Made by a program: the position numbers and the translations under genes. Positions 51,996 through 63,528 of a DNA stretch of 64,000 bases are shown here, piece after piece. The stretch spans positions 384,001 to 448,000 of the forward strand of contig CAVVHE010000005.1 of the NCBI GenBank assembly GCA_963748015.1, given 5' to 3'. The DNA comes from Terriglobia bacterium (GTDB taxonomy: Bacteria; Acidobacteriota; Polarisedimenticolia; Polarisedimenticolales; JAIQFR01). Positions within the stretch are counted from its first letter, which is position 1. Each line of letters opens with the position of its first letter. The notes beneath the pieces are model-generated. The model searched no databases. It saw only the letters and a list, made by a program, of their open reading frames with translations, and was not told the origin of the DNA.

Positions 51996-53036
51996 CTACG
52001 CTCCGGAAAGCCGCCGGATCGCCCATTCGGCATGGGAGCGGATCATCGGGTCCGGATCGGCGAGTGCCGCGCGGAGGGCCGGGAGGGCCTTCGGGTCTCC
52101 GCGGTTCCCGAGCACGACGCAGGCGTTCCGCCGCATCCCGTCCCAGCGCGCCCTCATGAGCGGCGTGCCCGAGAAGCGCGCGCGGAAGGCGGGCTCGTCC
52201 ATCCCGAGGACCTCCTCGGGATCGAGACCGTCGAGATCGTCGCGCGCCGCGAGCGTGCCGCCTGCGGCCGAGCGCGCGAAGCCGACGTTCCACGGACAGA
52301 CGGTCTGGCAGTCGTCGCAGCCGAAGAGCCAGTCGCCGATCCCGGGGCGGATCGCCTCCGGGATCGCGCCTCGGTGCTCGATGGTCCAGTACGACACGCA
52401 CCGGTTCGAGTCGACGACGCCGGGCTCGACGATGGCGCCCGTGGGACACGCGTCGAGGCACGCGGTGCACGTCCCGCAGAAGTCGTCGTGGGGCCCGGGC
52501 GTCGGCTCGAGAGAAGCGGCGGAGAGGATCTCTCCGAGAAGGAGCCACGATCCTCGCGTTCGCGTCAGCAGGTTCGCGTTCTTGCCGATCCATCCGAGGC
52601 CCGACGCCTCGGCCCAGCCGCGCTCGAGCACCGGCCCCGTGTCCACGAAAGCCCTCGCGGGGAGGCCCGACGCCTCCTCGAGCCACGCCGCGAGGCGCTT
52701 CGCCTTCGCCCCGAGCACGCGGTGATAGTCGCGCCTCCTCGCGTACAGCGCGACCTTCGCGCGCCCCGCGGCGGGCTCGGGGGTGCCGCGCTCCGGTCCG
52801 TAGTTCATGGCGAGCGAGACGACGCTCCGGCAACTCGGGAGGAGCTGCCGCGGATCGGCCCGGCGCGGCACGTCCCGCGCGAGCCAGCCCATCGCCGCGT
52901 GGAAGCCGCGCGCGAGCCAGGATTCGAGAGCCCGCCCGTCGCGCGGGAGAGGACGGGCGGCCGCGATCCCCGCGGCGTCGAACCCTTCCTCGCGGGCCCG
53001 ATCGAGGAGGGCCCGGGTGAGCGCGCCGGCGTCCAT
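51996..53036 (-). CDS. queG: tRNA epoxyqueuosine(34) reductase
   Basis: YARRRDYH, VDTGPVLER, GWIGKN, CGTCTACLDACPTGA, CVSYWTIE, FGCDDCQTVCPWN. Confidence 0.95.
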   Translation of the reverse strand: MDAGALTRALLDRAREEGFDAAGIAAARPLPRDGRALESWLARGFHAAMGWLARDVPRRADPRQLLPSCRSVVSLAMNYGPERGTPEPAAGRAKVALYARRRDYHRVLGAKAKRLAAWLEEASGLPARAFVDTGPVLERGWAEASGLGWIGKNANLLTRTRGSWLLLGEILSAASLEPTPGPHDDFCGTCTACLDACPTGAIVEPGVVDSNRCVSYWTIEHRGAIPEAIRPGIGDWLFGCDDCQTVCPWNVGFARSAAGGTLAARDDLDGLDPEEVLGMDEPAFRARFSGTPLMRARWDGMRRNACVVLGNRGDPKALPALRAALADPDPMIRSHAEWAIRRLSGA

Positions 53037-53039
53037 CGC

Positions 53040-53846
53040 CTACTCGTCCGGGGCGGACGGCTCGAAGGGACGCGGGAGGTCCTCCTCGGCCGGCACCTTA
53101 AGGCCCGCCGCGCGGGCGAGCCAGAGCACCTGCCTCGCGACACCGCGGACCACCTGCACGTCCCCCGGGGAGAGGTCCGCGCGACCGAGGATCCGCCGGA
53201 CCCTCCGCATCATCCCGTCGGCGGTGTCCTCCTGGAGGAAGCCGATCGCGAGGAGCGCCGCCTCGAGGTGCCGGAGCGCGGCCTCTCGCGACGCGTGGTC
53301 GGCGAGCGGCTCCTCGACCGGTGCGGGAGCGGCCCCCGGCACCGAGAGGCGCAAGGTGTACGCTACGAGGAGGACCGACTGCGCGAGGTTGTACGACGGC
53401 AGCGCGTCGGAGGAGACGAAGTGCACGAGGTGGGTGCAGCGGTCGAGCTCGGCGTCGGTCAGTCCCGAATCCTCGCGTCCGAAAACGAACGCCAGCTCCC
53501 CCATCGCCGCGAGGCGGGAAAGCTGGGGCGCGAGCGCGTCGAGGCGGTAGTGCGGCCGGCGCTGTTTCCCCTCGCGACGCGTCGTGCCGATGACCGCGCC
53601 CGCGCCGTCGAGCGCTTCGTCGAGATCGGCGTGGACGCGCGCGTCGCCGAGGAGGCCGGCGGCGCCCACCGCCATCCTTCGGGCTTCTTCCCCCCGGACG
53701 TCGCACTCGGGCGCGACGACGTCGAGCCGCGAGAAGCCGAGGTTGGCGAGCGCGCGCGCCGCGGCCCCCACGTTGCCGCCCGACTGCGGCCCCACCAGCA
53801 CGAAACGCACCCTCTCGAGGTCCGCTTCCCCGTTCCCGCCTTTCAT
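53040..53846 (-). CDS. trmJ: TrmJ/LasT family RNA methyltransferase
   Basis: GNVGAAARALANLG, VFGREDSGLTDAEL and SYNLAQSV SPOUT motifs. Confidence 0.88.
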   Translation of the reverse strand: MKGGNGEADLERVRFVLVGPQSGGNVGAAARALANLGFSRLDVVAPECDVRGEEARRMAVGAAGLLGDARVHADLDEALDGAGAVIGTTRREGKQRRPHYRLDALAPQLSRLAAMGELAFVFGREDSGLTDAELDRCTHLVHFVSSDALPSYNLAQSVLLVAYTLRLSVPGAAPAPVEEPLADHASREAALRHLEAALLAIGFLQEDTADGMMRRVRRILGRADLSPGDVQVVRGVARQVLWLARAAGLKVPAEEDLPRPFEPSAPDE

Positions 53847-53890
53847 TCCTGGCCCGTCCTTCGTCTGTTGAGAATACCAGAGGGGAACGG

Positions 53891-54679
53891 ATGAGGCTCT
53901 CGGTTCGAGGGGACGGGCCCCTCGTCGTCAAGCTCGCGGGGACCGCGGGCGGCACCGGGCTCTACGACGAGGAAATGGAGGCCGCGGCGGCGGCCGGCTT
54001 CCGGGTGGCGGCGCTCGATACGACCGGGGACCGCTCGGACGATCCGGCCCCCGCCGGGATCACGTGGGACGCGCTCGCGGACGACGTCGCTCGCGGCCTC
54101 GAGGCTCTCGGCGCCGCGCGCGCGATCTTGTGGGGAACTTCGTTCGGCTCTCTCGTCGCCCTCGCGGCGGCCTCGCGCCGCCCGGAGAGCGTCTCGGGGC
54201 TGCTCCTCTGCCGCCCTCCCGAGCCGCGGGGTCTCCCGCGTTTCCAGACGGCGGCGATTCGCTGGGCCGCCGGGCGCCGCGATCCGGCGCGCGCGGCGCG
54301 GCTCCTGTTCGTCGCCGGGTTCAACGTGCTCGTGGCCTGGGAGGGCCTGTACCCGACGACCTTGATCCGCCTTCCCGCGCTGCTCCGGGCGTCGCGGGAA
54401 GCGGCCACGCCGGCCTCGACCTTCCTCGCCAAGCTCCGCCTGCTCCTCGACGAATCCCCGGGCCTGCCTCCCGCCGAGGCTCGCATCCCGGCGGCGATCC
54501 TCGCCGGTGCGTGGGACACCGTCGCCCCCCTCGCCGGGGCGCGGCGCCTCGCCGCCTCGATCCCCGGCGCGCGCGTTTCGGTTCTGCGCTTCTCGGGACA
54601 CTCGGGGGCGTACTCGCGACCGCGAGCCAACGCCCGCCTCGTCGTGCGGGAATTGCGGGGACTCGCCTCGCCTCGATGA
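53891..54679 (+). CDS. Alpha/beta-fold hydrolase
   Basis: WGTSFG nucleophile, AGAWD and SGH triad motifs. Confidence 0.8.
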   Translation: MRLSVRGDGPLVVKLAGTAGGTGLYDEEMEAAAAAGFRVAALDTTGDRSDDPAPAGITWDALADDVARGLEALGAARAILWGTSFGSLVALAAASRRPESVSGLLLCRPPEPRGLPRFQTAAIRWAAGRRDPARAARLLFVAGFNVLVAWEGLYPTTLIRLPALLRASREAATPASTFLAKLRLLLDESPGLPPAEARIPAAILAGAWDTVAPLAGARRLAASIPGARVSVLRFSGHSGAYSRPRANARLVVRELRGLASPR

Positions 54680-54696
54680 CGACGGCCGCGCGGGGG

Positions 54697-57600
54697 TCAC
54701 CGCGGTTCTGGATCGCTCGGGTCCCGGTCCTCCGGCGGCGCCGACGGGGGAGCGGCAAGTGCTCCGAGATCCGCCCCTCGCCGCTCGGCCTCCCGCGACG
54801 CGCGCGCCCGCACCTCGTCCCGCCCCGTCTCCGCGGCCGCGGCGGCCAGCAGGGCGTACGCGTCGCCTCCCAGCACCGACCCGAACCGGAAGCGCAGGTT
54901 GCGGATCTGCTCCACGACGGAGTCGTCCTGGCGGTCCCGGAAGTCGAGGCGCAGCTCGCCGGAGAGCCGCCGGTAGGCCGCACCGAAGTCGCCGCGCCGC
55001 GTCTCGAGGCGCGCCCGGAGGAGCAGCCGCGCCGGCTTGAACTTGCCGGCGTCCGCGCCGGCGAGCAGGCTCTCCGCGGCCTCGAGCGCCTTCTCCGCCG
55101 CTTCGTCCCGCCCGCGATCGAGGAACAGACGCGACCGCCTGAGGTGAACGAGGGCGTCGAGCAGTCTCGCGGCGCGCTTCGCGTCCCACCGGGACGACCG
55201 GATCCCCAGGTAGCCCACCGGCACCCGCGTCTCCGCGGCGAGTGCTTTCTCGTAGAGCGCTTCCGCTTCGTCCGGCCGCCCGGTGTCCGCCAGCCAGTCG
55301 CCCTCGTGCCGTAGAGCGGTCTTCGGGTCGCGGGTCTCGTCGTGAAAGGTCGCGAGCACCTCGCCCCGCTGGTCGAGCCAGAGGCGGACCGGCCTCTCCG
55401 CGAGGATTCTCGAGAACTCGCTGATCTCCCCCGTGAGCTCGGCGCGTCCGCTCACTTCCCTCACCTTGACGGTCGGCCCGCCCCTGGGCGCCACGCCGGC
55501 GGCAGCGCCCCGGCCTTCCCGCTCCTCCTCCGCGACCCCCATCTCGGCCTGGAAGGGCACGACCAGCGACGAATCCGAGACGTCGAAGTCCGGGACCCAC
55601 TCCCTCTGCACGTCCCACCCGCGCTCTCCGGCCCGCACGAGACGGTGGCGCGTGCGGCCCGAGGGGAACTGGCGAACGCGGCAGCGCAGTCTCCATTTCC
55701 CGTCCTCCGCCGCCTCGACGCTCCAGGTGAAGTGGAACTCGGGGACTCCGGTCCCGTAGACGAGCCGCCGCGCGAACGCGTCGAGGTTCTGGCCCGACAT
55801 CCTCTCGATGGACTTGAGGAAAGCCGGGGTGTCGATCACGCGGTTCGCGGCGCGATCGGAGAGGGTCAGGAGCATCTCGAGGAACGGCTCCTGCCCGATG
55901 CGCTCCGCCAGCGTGGACAGCACGATGGAGCCCTTGCCGTACACGACGGCCTTGTACGCGGCGTGGCTCAGGCTCGAAGCGAGGCGCTGCCCCAGCACCA
56001 CGGGGCCGAGCGACTCCAGCGGGGCGCCGTTCGCGGCCGTTTCCACGAGAGACCCCCAGGTGCCGCGCGACGTCCAGGCCAGGTAGTCGAGGTCGTCTCC
56101 GAGCCAGGCGAAGGAGAAGCGGACGGCGGCGTACTTCGCGAGGGCCTCGGAAAGCCACTGGTCCCGGTAGCTCCACCATCCGACCTTGTCTCCCCACCAC
56201 TGGTGCGCGATCTCGTGGGCGATCGTCTCGACCCGCGCGTTCCGGATCGCCCACCGGCTCGTCCGCGGCCGCTCGAGAACGAGCTCGTGCGCCAGCGTGA
56301 CGAGGCCGGGGAACCCTTGGGAGAAACCCCTGGGGACGGTGACCACCGCGAGCGTGTCGAGGGGGTACGCCCCGAACGTCTGCTCGAAGTAGCGGAGCGC
56401 GTCCGCGACGGTCTTGCGGACCTCCGCACGAACGGATCTCGGCACTCGCTTCGACGTGCGGTTGAACGCGACGGTGACCGACACGTGCCCGACCTGTTCC
56501 TCCGCCGTGTCGAACTCCCCCACCTCGAAGCTGAACGCCGTGCTCGGCAGGTCCACGACCCTCCGCTCCCACCTGCTGTCACCCGAAAGCCCTCCGGCCA
56601 CCCGGCGGCCGGGAGCGACGAGCTCGAGCTTCCTCGGCCAACGCAGCGTCACGTCGTACGAGGCGCGGTCGATTCTCCCGGCGTGAGGGTGCCAGCGCCG
56701 CGTGTCCCGCAGCACCGGAACCCCCTTCTCCGCCTCGTCGAAGGCCACGCCCGCGTACTCCACCTCGATCGCCAGCGGCTCGCCGGGAGCGGGGGCCGCG
56801 GGGAGGATGGCCGTGACCGCGCCGCCTTCGCGGACGAAGGCCAAGGCGCCTCCCGCGGCGTCGCGCACGCTCCTGACCTCGAGATCGGGCTGGAGCGCGA
56901 GGACCACCGCGCGCCGGCCCGCCGACTCGGACCGCAGGTCGATTCGGGTCTTTCCCTCGATGCGCTCCCGGTCCTTCGAGATCTCGACCTCGATCGTGTA
57001 CTTCACGGGCTCGAAGCCCGCGCCGCCCGTCGCCGGCTTGCCGTCCTCGCCGCGGAGGGCGGACGAGCACCAGGTGTCCCAGTCGCCGAGGTCCTGAAGC
57101 CGCATTCCCGAGAGGCGGCCCTCCTGCTGCTGCCCGCGGATCAGCCGGCGGATGAGGTCGCCCTCGTGATCCCCGACCTCGGCGGGGACGAACTGGCCGA
57201 GAACGGACGGCTCCAGGACGTCCGGGTCGAGGACGTAGAAGAAGTCGCCCAGGCGCTTCGACCGGAACCATCCCGCGAAGAAGCCCTGCGCGGGCGCGTC
57301 CCCCAGCGCATCGCGAAGAAGAGTGGACTCCACCCCGAAACGGCGCCGCTCCGGGCCCTCCTTCCACTTCTCGAAGGCGGAGCGCGCCCGCTCGAGAAGC
57401 GCCGGATCGGGAGCTTCGGGGCCGGGGCGCCGGAGGAGGCTCGAGACCGCTTTGTCGTCGGCGATGACCAGCACCGCCTCGTCCACGGGCTCCCTCAAGG
57501 CCCGGGACCGGGCGAACTGCTCGAGCTGCGCCGCCTCGACGTCGTCCGGCGGGTCGAACGTGAACACCGCCCGCCCGGCGAACGCCAGCTCCGCGGAGTG

Positions 57601-57855
57601 GCCGCCGATCGGCGTCGCGGGCACCAGGATCCCTTCCTCGATCTTGAGCGCTGCGGCGCCGAGGACGATCTCCACGCCGCGCAGCGCGACGGCGCGGCGG
57701 TTCTCGAGAGTGGCCTTCCGAATCGCGTCCGCGAGCGGCTCGGGGCCTTCCGCGGCGAGCCCCGGAATCGAGCAGGCCGCGGCCAGCACGAGCGCGAGCC
57801 GGAAAGGTCCTGCGCGGGATCTCCCCGTTCGCTCGCGTTCGCGACCTGGGGACAT
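54697..57855 (-). CDS. M1 family zinc aminopeptidase-like protein with C-terminal TPR-like region
   Basis: AHEIAHQWWG...QWLSEALA (HEXXH+E), VYGKG; signal peptide after ATG 57855. Confidence 0.85.
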   Translation of the reverse strand: MSPGRERERTGRSRAGPFRLALVLAAACSIPGLAAEGPEPLADAIRKATLENRRAVALRGVEIVLGAAALKIEEGILVPATPIGGHSAELAFAGRAVFTFDPPDDVEAAQLEQFARSRALREPVDEAVLVIADDKAVSSLLRRPGPEAPDPALLERARSAFEKWKEGPERRRFGVESTLLRDALGDAPAQGFFAGWFRSKRLGDFFYVLDPDVLEPSVLGQFVPAEVGDHEGDLIRRLIRGQQQEGRLSGMRLQDLGDWDTWCSSALRGEDGKPATGGAGFEPVKYTIEVEISKDRERIEGKTRIDLRSESAGRRAVVLALQPDLEVRSVRDAAGGALAFVREGGAVTAILPAAPAPGEPLAIEVEYAGVAFDEAEKGVPVLRDTRRWHPHAGRIDRASYDVTLRWPRKLELVAPGRRVAGGLSGDSRWERRVVDLPSTAFSFEVGEFDTAEEQVGHVSVTVAFNRTSKRVPRSVRAEVRKTVADALRYFEQTFGAYPLDTLAVVTVPRGFSQGFPGLVTLAHELVLERPRTSRWAIRNARVETIAHEIAHQWWGDKVGWWSYRDQWLSEALAKYAAVRFSFAWLGDDLDYLAWTSRGTWGSLVETAANGAPLESLGPVVLGQRLASSLSHAAYKAVVYGKGSIVLSTLAERIGQEPFLEMLLTLSDRAANRVIDTPAFLKSIERMSGQNLDAFARRLVYGTGVPEFHFTWSVEAAEDGKWRLRCRVRQFPSGRTRHRLVRAGERGWDVQREWVPDFDVSDSSLVVPFQAEMGVAEEEREGRGAAAGVAPRGGPTVKVREVSGRAELTGEISEFSRILAERPVRLWLDQRGEVLATFHDETRDPKTALRHEGDWLADTGRPDEAEALYEKALAAETRVPVGYLGIRSSRWDAKRAARLLDALVHLRRSRLFLDRGRDEAAEKALEAAESLLAGADAGKFKPARLLLRARLETRRGDFGAAYRRLSGELRLDFRDRQDDSVVEQIRNLRFRFGSVLGGDAYALLAAAAAETGRDEVRARASREAERRGADLGALAAPPSAPPEDRDPSDPEPR

Positions 57856-57884
57856 CGTCTCTCTCCGCGCCGCCCGGGAGCCGG

Positions 57885-59192
57885 TCAGTCCTCGTCTCCG
57901 GGCTTTTCGACGTCCCCCTGCTCCGCGGCGAGCGCCCGCGCGCTCCGCCCGAGGGTGGGAAGCTCCGGCAGGTCCTTGCTCGTCGCCGCTCCCATCTCCT
58001 TGAGCTTCCGCGCCGGGACGAGGACGCGGCGCTCGTAGGAGCCCGCGGCCGCGTCGAACGCGTTGACCGCGCGGTTGAGGTGAGTGCGCAAGTCGTCGAG
58101 GTGGGCGGTCATCTTGACGAGCCGGTCGTACAAGTCGGCGCCGAGGTCCCGGATCGCCTCGGCGTTCTCGGCGATCCGCTCCTGCTGCCAGCCGTAGTAG
58201 ACGGAGCGGAGGAGGGCGATGAGCGTCGTGGGGCTCGCGGGGATCACGAAGCGATCCACGCCGAACTCGATCAGCCCCGGATCCTGCTCGAGCGCCGCGC
58301 TGAAGAACATCTCGCCGGGAAGGAACATCACGACGAACTCCGGCGCGGGCCGGAACTGGTCCCAGTACGACTTGGCTCCGAGCCGCGTCATGTGCTCCCG
58401 GACCTGCCGGGAATGGTCCTTGAGGCGCGCCTCCCGCACCGCGTCGTCGGGCGCCTCGACCGCCTCGAGGTAGGCGGACAGAGGGGCCTTCGCGTCCACG
58501 ACCACGCTCTTTCCACCGGGGAGGCGCACGAGAAGATCGGGGCGGAGCCGCCCTTCCTCCGTCGCCGCGCTCTCCTGCTCCGCGAAATCGCAGTAGGCGA
58601 GCATCCCGGCCATCTCCACCACGCGGCGGAGCTGGATCTCCCCCCAGCGACCGCGAACCTGCGGGGCGCGCAGGGCTTTCACGAGGTTCGCGGTTTCGGT
58701 CTGGAGCTGCTGCTGGCCGAGACCGAGGGACCGAACTTGCTCCTGGAGGGCCGCGTACGCGCCGACGCGCTGCTTCTCCACCTCGTGGAGCCGGGCATCC
58801 ACCTTGTCCAAGGCGGATCGCACCGGCGCGATCAGGTCGCCGATCGCCTTCTGCCGGGTCTCGAGGTCCCCCGAGGCGCTCTTCTGGTACTCCCCCAGCA
58901 CCGTCTTCGCCAGGTCGAGGAACGACTGGTTGTTCTGCCGGAGCGCCTCGGCCGACAGGGCGGAGAACGCGTCGCGGAAGCGCGCCTCGAGCCGCTCCGC
59001 CTGCGCGCGCTGCTCCGCGGTGACTCTCCGCTCGTTCTCGAGATCGGACTCCCTGCGGGCCAGCTCCTCCCGGGCGGCCGCGGCCGTCTCGCGCAGACCC
59101 GCTACGGCCCGGGCGCGCGCCAGGCCGACCACGATCCCCCCCAGGACCGCTCCGAGAAAGAATACGGCGAGTGACACGACGGTGCCGGTCAA
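57885..59192 (-). CDS. rmuC: DNA recombination protein RmuC
   Basis: RGRWGEIQL, RPDLLVRLPG, VDAKAP, FVVMFLPGE, ASPTTLIALL; TTG start inferred. Confidence 0.93.
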   Translation of the reverse strand: MTGTVVSLAVFFLGAVLGGIVVGLARARAVAGLRETAAAAREELARRESDLENERRVTAEQRAQAERLEARFRDAFSALSAEALRQNNQSFLDLAKTVLGEYQKSASGDLETRQKAIGDLIAPVRSALDKVDARLHEVEKQRVGAYAALQEQVRSLGLGQQQLQTETANLVKALRAPQVRGRWGEIQLRRVVEMAGMLAYCDFAEQESAATEEGRLRPDLLVRLPGGKSVVVDAKAPLSAYLEAVEAPDDAVREARLKDHSRQVREHMTRLGAKSYWDQFRPAPEFVVMFLPGEMFFSAALEQDPGLIEFGVDRFVIPASPTTLIALLRSVYYGWQQERIAENAEAIRDLGADLYDRLVKMTAHLDDLRTHLNRAVNAFDAAAGSYERRVLVPARKLKEMGAATSKDLPELPTLGRSARALAAEQGDVEKPGDED

Positions 59193-59309
59193 CGACGTCT
59201 CCCTGGTGGAGGAATGCGCTCGTGCGGCGAGGCGGCTTGCGACGCATCGAGCGATAGGCAAGAATGGATCTTCACCAACTTCGCAACCCCGGGAACGTAT
59301 AACACACCT

Positions 59310-60644
59310 ATGGCCAAAAAACGCACGCTTCGCTGGACAATCTGGGTCTTCGTCCTCGTCGTCGCGGTGGGCAGCGCCGGCCTGTACGTCAAGCGGCGGC
59401 AGGCGAAACAGAGCGAGGACAAGTACCGCGTCGAGGCCGTTGACCGGGGGACCGTCACGCTGACCGTGACCGCCACCGGGGCGATCTCCGCGGTCACGAC
59501 GGTGCAGGTCGGCAGCCAGGTCTCGGGGATCATCGCCCGCCTCTACGCCGACTTCAACAGCACCGTGAAGAAGGGGCAGCTCCTCGCGGAGCTCGACCCG
59601 ACGAACTTCCAGGCGCTGGTGGCCCAGCGGCGCGCGGACGTCCTCCAGAACGAGGTCCAGATGCGCAGCGCCGAGATCTCGTTCCACCGGCAGGAGCGAC
59701 TGATCGCGGAGAGCCTCGCGCCGCAGTCGGACTACGACACCGCGAAGGCGAACTACGAAGCCGCGCAGGCCCAGGTCGAGCAGTCCCGTGCGGCGCTGCG
59801 GCAGGCGGAGAACAACCTCGAGTACACGAAGATCACCTGCCCGATCGACGGCACGGTGGTCGCCCGCCAGTACGACGTCGGGCAGACCGTCGCGGCCTCC
59901 TTCCAGGCGCCGACGCTGTTCACGATCGCCCAGGACCTGACCAAGATGCAGGTCCAGGCCGACGTGGACCAGTCGGACATCGGCCGGGTCAAGGCGGAGC
60001 AACCGGTCCGGTTCACGGTGGACGCCTATCCCGAGCAGGAGTTCAAGGGACGGATCTCGCAGATCCGCCTGAACGCCACCGCCAACCAGAACGTCATCAC
60101 CTACCCGGTGATCGTCGAGGTCCCGAATCCCGAGGGGAAGCTGCGGCCGCAGATGACCGCGAACGTGACCATCGAGGTCGCCACGGTCAGCGACGTGCTG
60201 CGCGTGCCGAACGCGGCGCTGCGCTTCCGGCCGACCCAGGGCCCGGGAGCCGAGGGACAGCGGAACGGCAGGCCGGGCGGCGGCGAGCAGCGGGCGCAGG
60301 GCTCTCCGTCCGGGACCGGACAGGGCTCCGGCCCGGGGGCCGGCGGGCCGTCTCCCGAGATGCGCGCGGCGATGGCCGCCGAGCGCCGGCCGGGGATGGA
60401 GGGCGCCGCGGCGGCCTTCCCGGGCGGCATGCGGGGCCGGGGCGGGCGGCTCATGCAGACGATCTACGTCCTCGAGGGAAAGGACCAGCTCAAGCCGGTG
60501 AAGGTGCGGACGGGGATCTCGGACGGCAAGTTCACCGAGATCGCCGAAGGCGAGCTCAAGCCGGGGGACAGGGTCGTCGTCGGCCAGGTGACGTCGAAGG
60601 TCGAGACCAGCGCGCGGCCGCCGGGCGGGGGTAGGATGTTTTGA
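59310..60644 (+). CDS. Efflux periplasmic adaptor (MacA-like)
   Basis: [47 protein letters not shown]. Confidence 0.92.
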   Translation: MAKKRTLRWTIWVFVLVVAVGSAGLYVKRRQAKQSEDKYRVEAVDRGTVTLTVTATGAISAVTTVQVGSQVSGIIARLYADFNSTVKKGQLLAELDPTNFQALVAQRRADVLQNEVQMRSAEISFHRQERLIAESLAPQSDYDTAKANYEAAQAQVEQSRAALRQAENNLEYTKITCPIDGTVVARQYDVGQTVAASFQAPTLFTIAQDLTKMQVQADVDQSDIGRVKAEQPVRFTVDAYPEQEFKGRISQIRLNATANQNVITYPVIVEVPNPEGKLRPQMTANVTIEVATVSDVLRVPNAALRFRPTQGPGAEGQRNGRPGGGEQRAQGSPSGTGQGSGPGAGGPSPEMRAAMAAERRPGMEGAAAAFPGGMRGRGGRLMQTIYVLEGKDQLKPVKVRTGISDGKFTEIAEGELKPGDRVVVGQVTSKVETSARPPGGGRMF

Positions 60645-61387
60645 GCGGCCCACTCGTCGGAATTCACGATCTCGTCAAGATCTACAGCATGGGCGAGGTG
60701 GAGGTCCGCGCGCTCGACGGCGTGAACCTCTCCGTGAACGCGGGCGAGTTCGTGGCGGTGATGGGGCCTTCGGGCTCCGGAAAATCCACGCTCATGAACC
60801 TCCTCGGCTGCCTCGACCGCCCCACGTCGGGCACCTACGAGCTCGACGGCATCGACGTGTCGGAGCTCGATGCGGACGAGCGGGCCGAGATCCGCAACGC
60901 GAAGATCGGCTTCGTGTTCCAGAGCTTCAACCTGCTCCCGAGGACCTCCGCCCTCGAGAACGTCGAGCTGCCGCTCCTCTACGGGCGGGGCGCCATGGGC
61001 GGGCGCGAGCGGCTCGAGCGCGCCAGGACGGTGCTGCAGCACGTGGGGCTGACCGGGCGCGAGCACCACTACCCGTCGCAGCTGTCCGGCGGGCAGCAAC
61101 AACGCGTCGCGGTCGCGCGGGCGTTGATCACGGACCCGGCCATCATCCTGGCGGACGAGCCGACCGGTAACCTCGACACGCGCACGTCGGAAGAGGTCAT
61201 GGCCGTTTTCCAGGATCTGAACGAGCAGGGAAAGACGATCCTCCTCATCACCCACGAGCACGACGTGGCCATGCACGCCAAGCGGGTCGTGCAGATGCGG
61301 GACGGCGTCATCGTCAGGGACGAGCCCGTCGCGCAGGTCAAGGCGCTGCGGGCGGACGCGCGGGCCCGCGAGGAGGCCAGGGCATGA
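60641..61387 (+). CDS. ABC transporter ATP-binding protein (MacB/LolD-like)
   Basis: [26 protein letters not shown]. Confidence 0.95.
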   Translation: MSGPLVGIHDLVKIYSMGEVEVRALDGVNLSVNAGEFVAVMGPSGSGKSTLMNLLGCLDRPTSGTYELDGIDVSELDADERAEIRNAKIGFVFQSFNLLPRTSALENVELPLLYGRGAMGGRERLERARTVLQHVGLTGREHHYPSQLSGGQQQRVAVARALITDPAIILADEPTGNLDTRTSEEVMAVFQDLNEQGKTILLITHEHDVAMHAKRVVQMRDGVIVRDEPVAQVKALRADARAREEARA

Positions 61388-62625
61388 GAGTCGTGCTGGT
61401 CCGCACCGCGAACATCCTGAAGGTCGGCCTGAAGGCGATCCTCCGGAACAAGATGCGGTCGACGCTGACGATGCTCGGCATCATCATCGGCGTGGCGTGC
61501 GTGATCGCGATCTTCGCGGTCACCGCGGGCGCGTCGGCCGCGATCCAGTCGTCCATCACGTCGCTGGGAACCAACTTCATCATGATCTTCCCGGGCGCAG
61601 TGACCCAGTCGGGGGCGCGCATCTTCACCGGGCAGTCCAGCCTGACCCCCGAGGACGCGGTGGCGATCAAGACCGAGTGCCCCGCGGTGGCGTACGTCAG
61701 CGCGAGCGAGCGAAGCTCGGGCCAGATCGTCGCGGGCGAGCTGAACTGGGCCACGCAGATCCAGGGAGTGGACATCGACTGGCCCTTCATCCGGGCCTGG
61801 AACCTCCAGGAGGGGACCTTCTTCGGCGAGTCGGAGGTCAAGGGCGCCGCGAAGGTCTGCGTGCTCGGCCGCACCGTGGCCGACAACCTCTTCCCGGCGG
61901 GGGACGCGGCCGGCCAGGTCGTCAGGATCAAGAACGTCCCGTTCAAGGTCCTGGGCGTGCTGGAGAAGAAGGGCGCGAACACGATGGGGCAGGACCAGGA
62001 CGACCTGGTCATTACCCCCTACACCACCGTGACGAAGCGGCTGCAGGGACACGCGGGGCACGGGAACCGGGTCGGGTCCATCCTCGCGTCGGCCGTCTCG
62101 GGGGATCGCGTGGACGAGGCGATGAAGGAGATCGAGGCGCTGCTGCGGCAGCGTCAGAAGCTCCAGCCGGGCCAGGACAACAACTTCATGATGCGTTCCC
62201 AGGAGGAGATCGCCTCGATGGCCGCGGAGAACACCAAGACGCTGTCGGTCCTCCTCGGCACGGTCGCGGCGATCTCGCTGCTCGTCGGCGGGATCGGCAT
62301 CATGAACATCATGCTGGTGTCGGTCACCGAGCGCACCCGGGAAATCGGCCTCCGCATGGCGATCGGCGCCAAGGGGCACCACGTCCTGGCCCAGTTCCTC
62401 CTCGAGGCGATCGTGCTGTCGCTGGTGGGAGGAGCCATCGGCGTGGCGCTGGGGACGGTCGCGTCGCGCGTGGTCACCCGCATCTTCGGATGGCCGGTCG
62501 AGGTAAGCCTCACGTCGGTGGCGCTCGCCTTCGGCTTCTCGGCCCTCGTCGGGATCTTCTTCGGGTTCTACCCGGCGCGGAAGGCCTCGCGCCTCGATCC
62601 GATCGAGGCGCTCCGGTACGAGTAG
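61384..62625 (+). CDS. ABC transporter permease (MacB/FtsX-like)
   Basis: [42 protein letters not shown]. Confidence 0.95.
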   Translation: MRVVLVRTANILKVGLKAILRNKMRSTLTMLGIIIGVACVIAIFAVTAGASAAIQSSITSLGTNFIMIFPGAVTQSGARIFTGQSSLTPEDAVAIKTECPAVAYVSASERSSGQIVAGELNWATQIQGVDIDWPFIRAWNLQEGTFFGESEVKGAAKVCVLGRTVADNLFPAGDAAGQVVRIKNVPFKVLGVLEKKGANTMGQDQDDLVITPYTTVTKRLQGHAGHGNRVGSILASAVSGDRVDEAMKEIEALLRQRQKLQPGQDNNFMMRSQEEIASMAAENTKTLSVLLGTVAAISLLVGGIGIMNIMLVSVTERTREIGLRMAIGAKGHHVLAQFLLEAIVLSLVGGAIGVALGTVASRVVTRIFGWPVEVSLTSVALAFGFSALVGIFFGFYPARKASRLDPIEALRYE

Positions 62626-62650
62626 CGCCGCATCGGGCGCGCGTCCCGGA

Positions 62651-63331
62651 TCAGGGGGCGGGCTGGGGTCGCAGCGGGAAGGTCTCGCGGACCTCCTTCG
62701 GTTCCGCGAGGCGCTCGCCGGCCACCGCGATCACCTTCTTGGTCATGAACAAGGTGATCCCGCGCGTCTTGAGCGTGGCGGCCGCGTCGAGCTTCCGGAG
62801 GAATCGGTCGCGGCGGTCGGCCGGCACGTCCCGCGCGGCGCGCGTGGCGTCGTATTCCATGTCGCCGGTCCACGCAACGCGGAAACCCGCCGGGTCCCGG
62901 ACGATGACTTCCCCGGGCCGGCGCTGCACCAGCGGATTCCCCTGCTGGTCGTAGGTCACGACGATCTCGGCCGCGCCGTCCCCGTCGAGGTCCACGAGCT
63001 CGACGTCGCCTCGCCCCACGAACCCGCCGCTCTCCTTCCCGTAGTCGCGGGCGTAGAGGGAGACCAGCGCGTTCGCCTCCCTCCGGAGCACCTCGAGGCG
63101 CACGTTGACGCCGCCGGCGTCGTCCTTCTTGCCGGTGAGGTACGTGACCATCGCCACGACCTGCTTCGCCTCGCCGGGCAGCACCCTGGCCGTGAGGACG
63201 CTTCCCGAGAGGACGTCGCCGGTCTTGATTCCCATGGCGGCGTAGACCTCGGCGGCGAGGTCGGCGCGGGCTGGAGCCGGCGCGGCCGCGGCGACCCCCA
63301 GCAAGAAAGCGAGGAAGATGCGCCTGCTCAT
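62651..63331 (-). CDS. Hypothetical exported protein
   Basis: GGAGG RBS; signal peptide; FG-GAP-like DLDGDGAAEIVV motif. Confidence 0.78.
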   Translation of the reverse strand: MSRRIFLAFLLGVAAAAPAPARADLAAEVYAAMGIKTGDVLSGSVLTARVLPGEAKQVVAMVTYLTGKKDDAGGVNVRLEVLRREANALVSLYARDYGKESGGFVGRGDVELVDLDGDGAAEIVVTYDQQGNPLVQRRPGEVIVRDPAGFRVAWTGDMEYDATRAARDVPADRRDRFLRKLDAAATLKTRGITLFMTKKVIAVAGERLAEPKEVRETFPLRPQPAP

Positions 63332-63528
63332 GGGATTGCGTCCTCCGGGGGCTTCCCGCTTCCCGCGCCGCGCGCGCCGGCGGCCCCCTCTGCGGCCCCC
63401 GCGGCGAGGATTCCGGGGTCGCCCCGAATATTACCATGCGCCCCGGTCACGAACCGGCCGCTTTCCCCTATAATCGGCCGCGGGAATCCTCATTATTCGG
63501 GCCTCCGCCCGGTGGCTGGAGCTACGCG

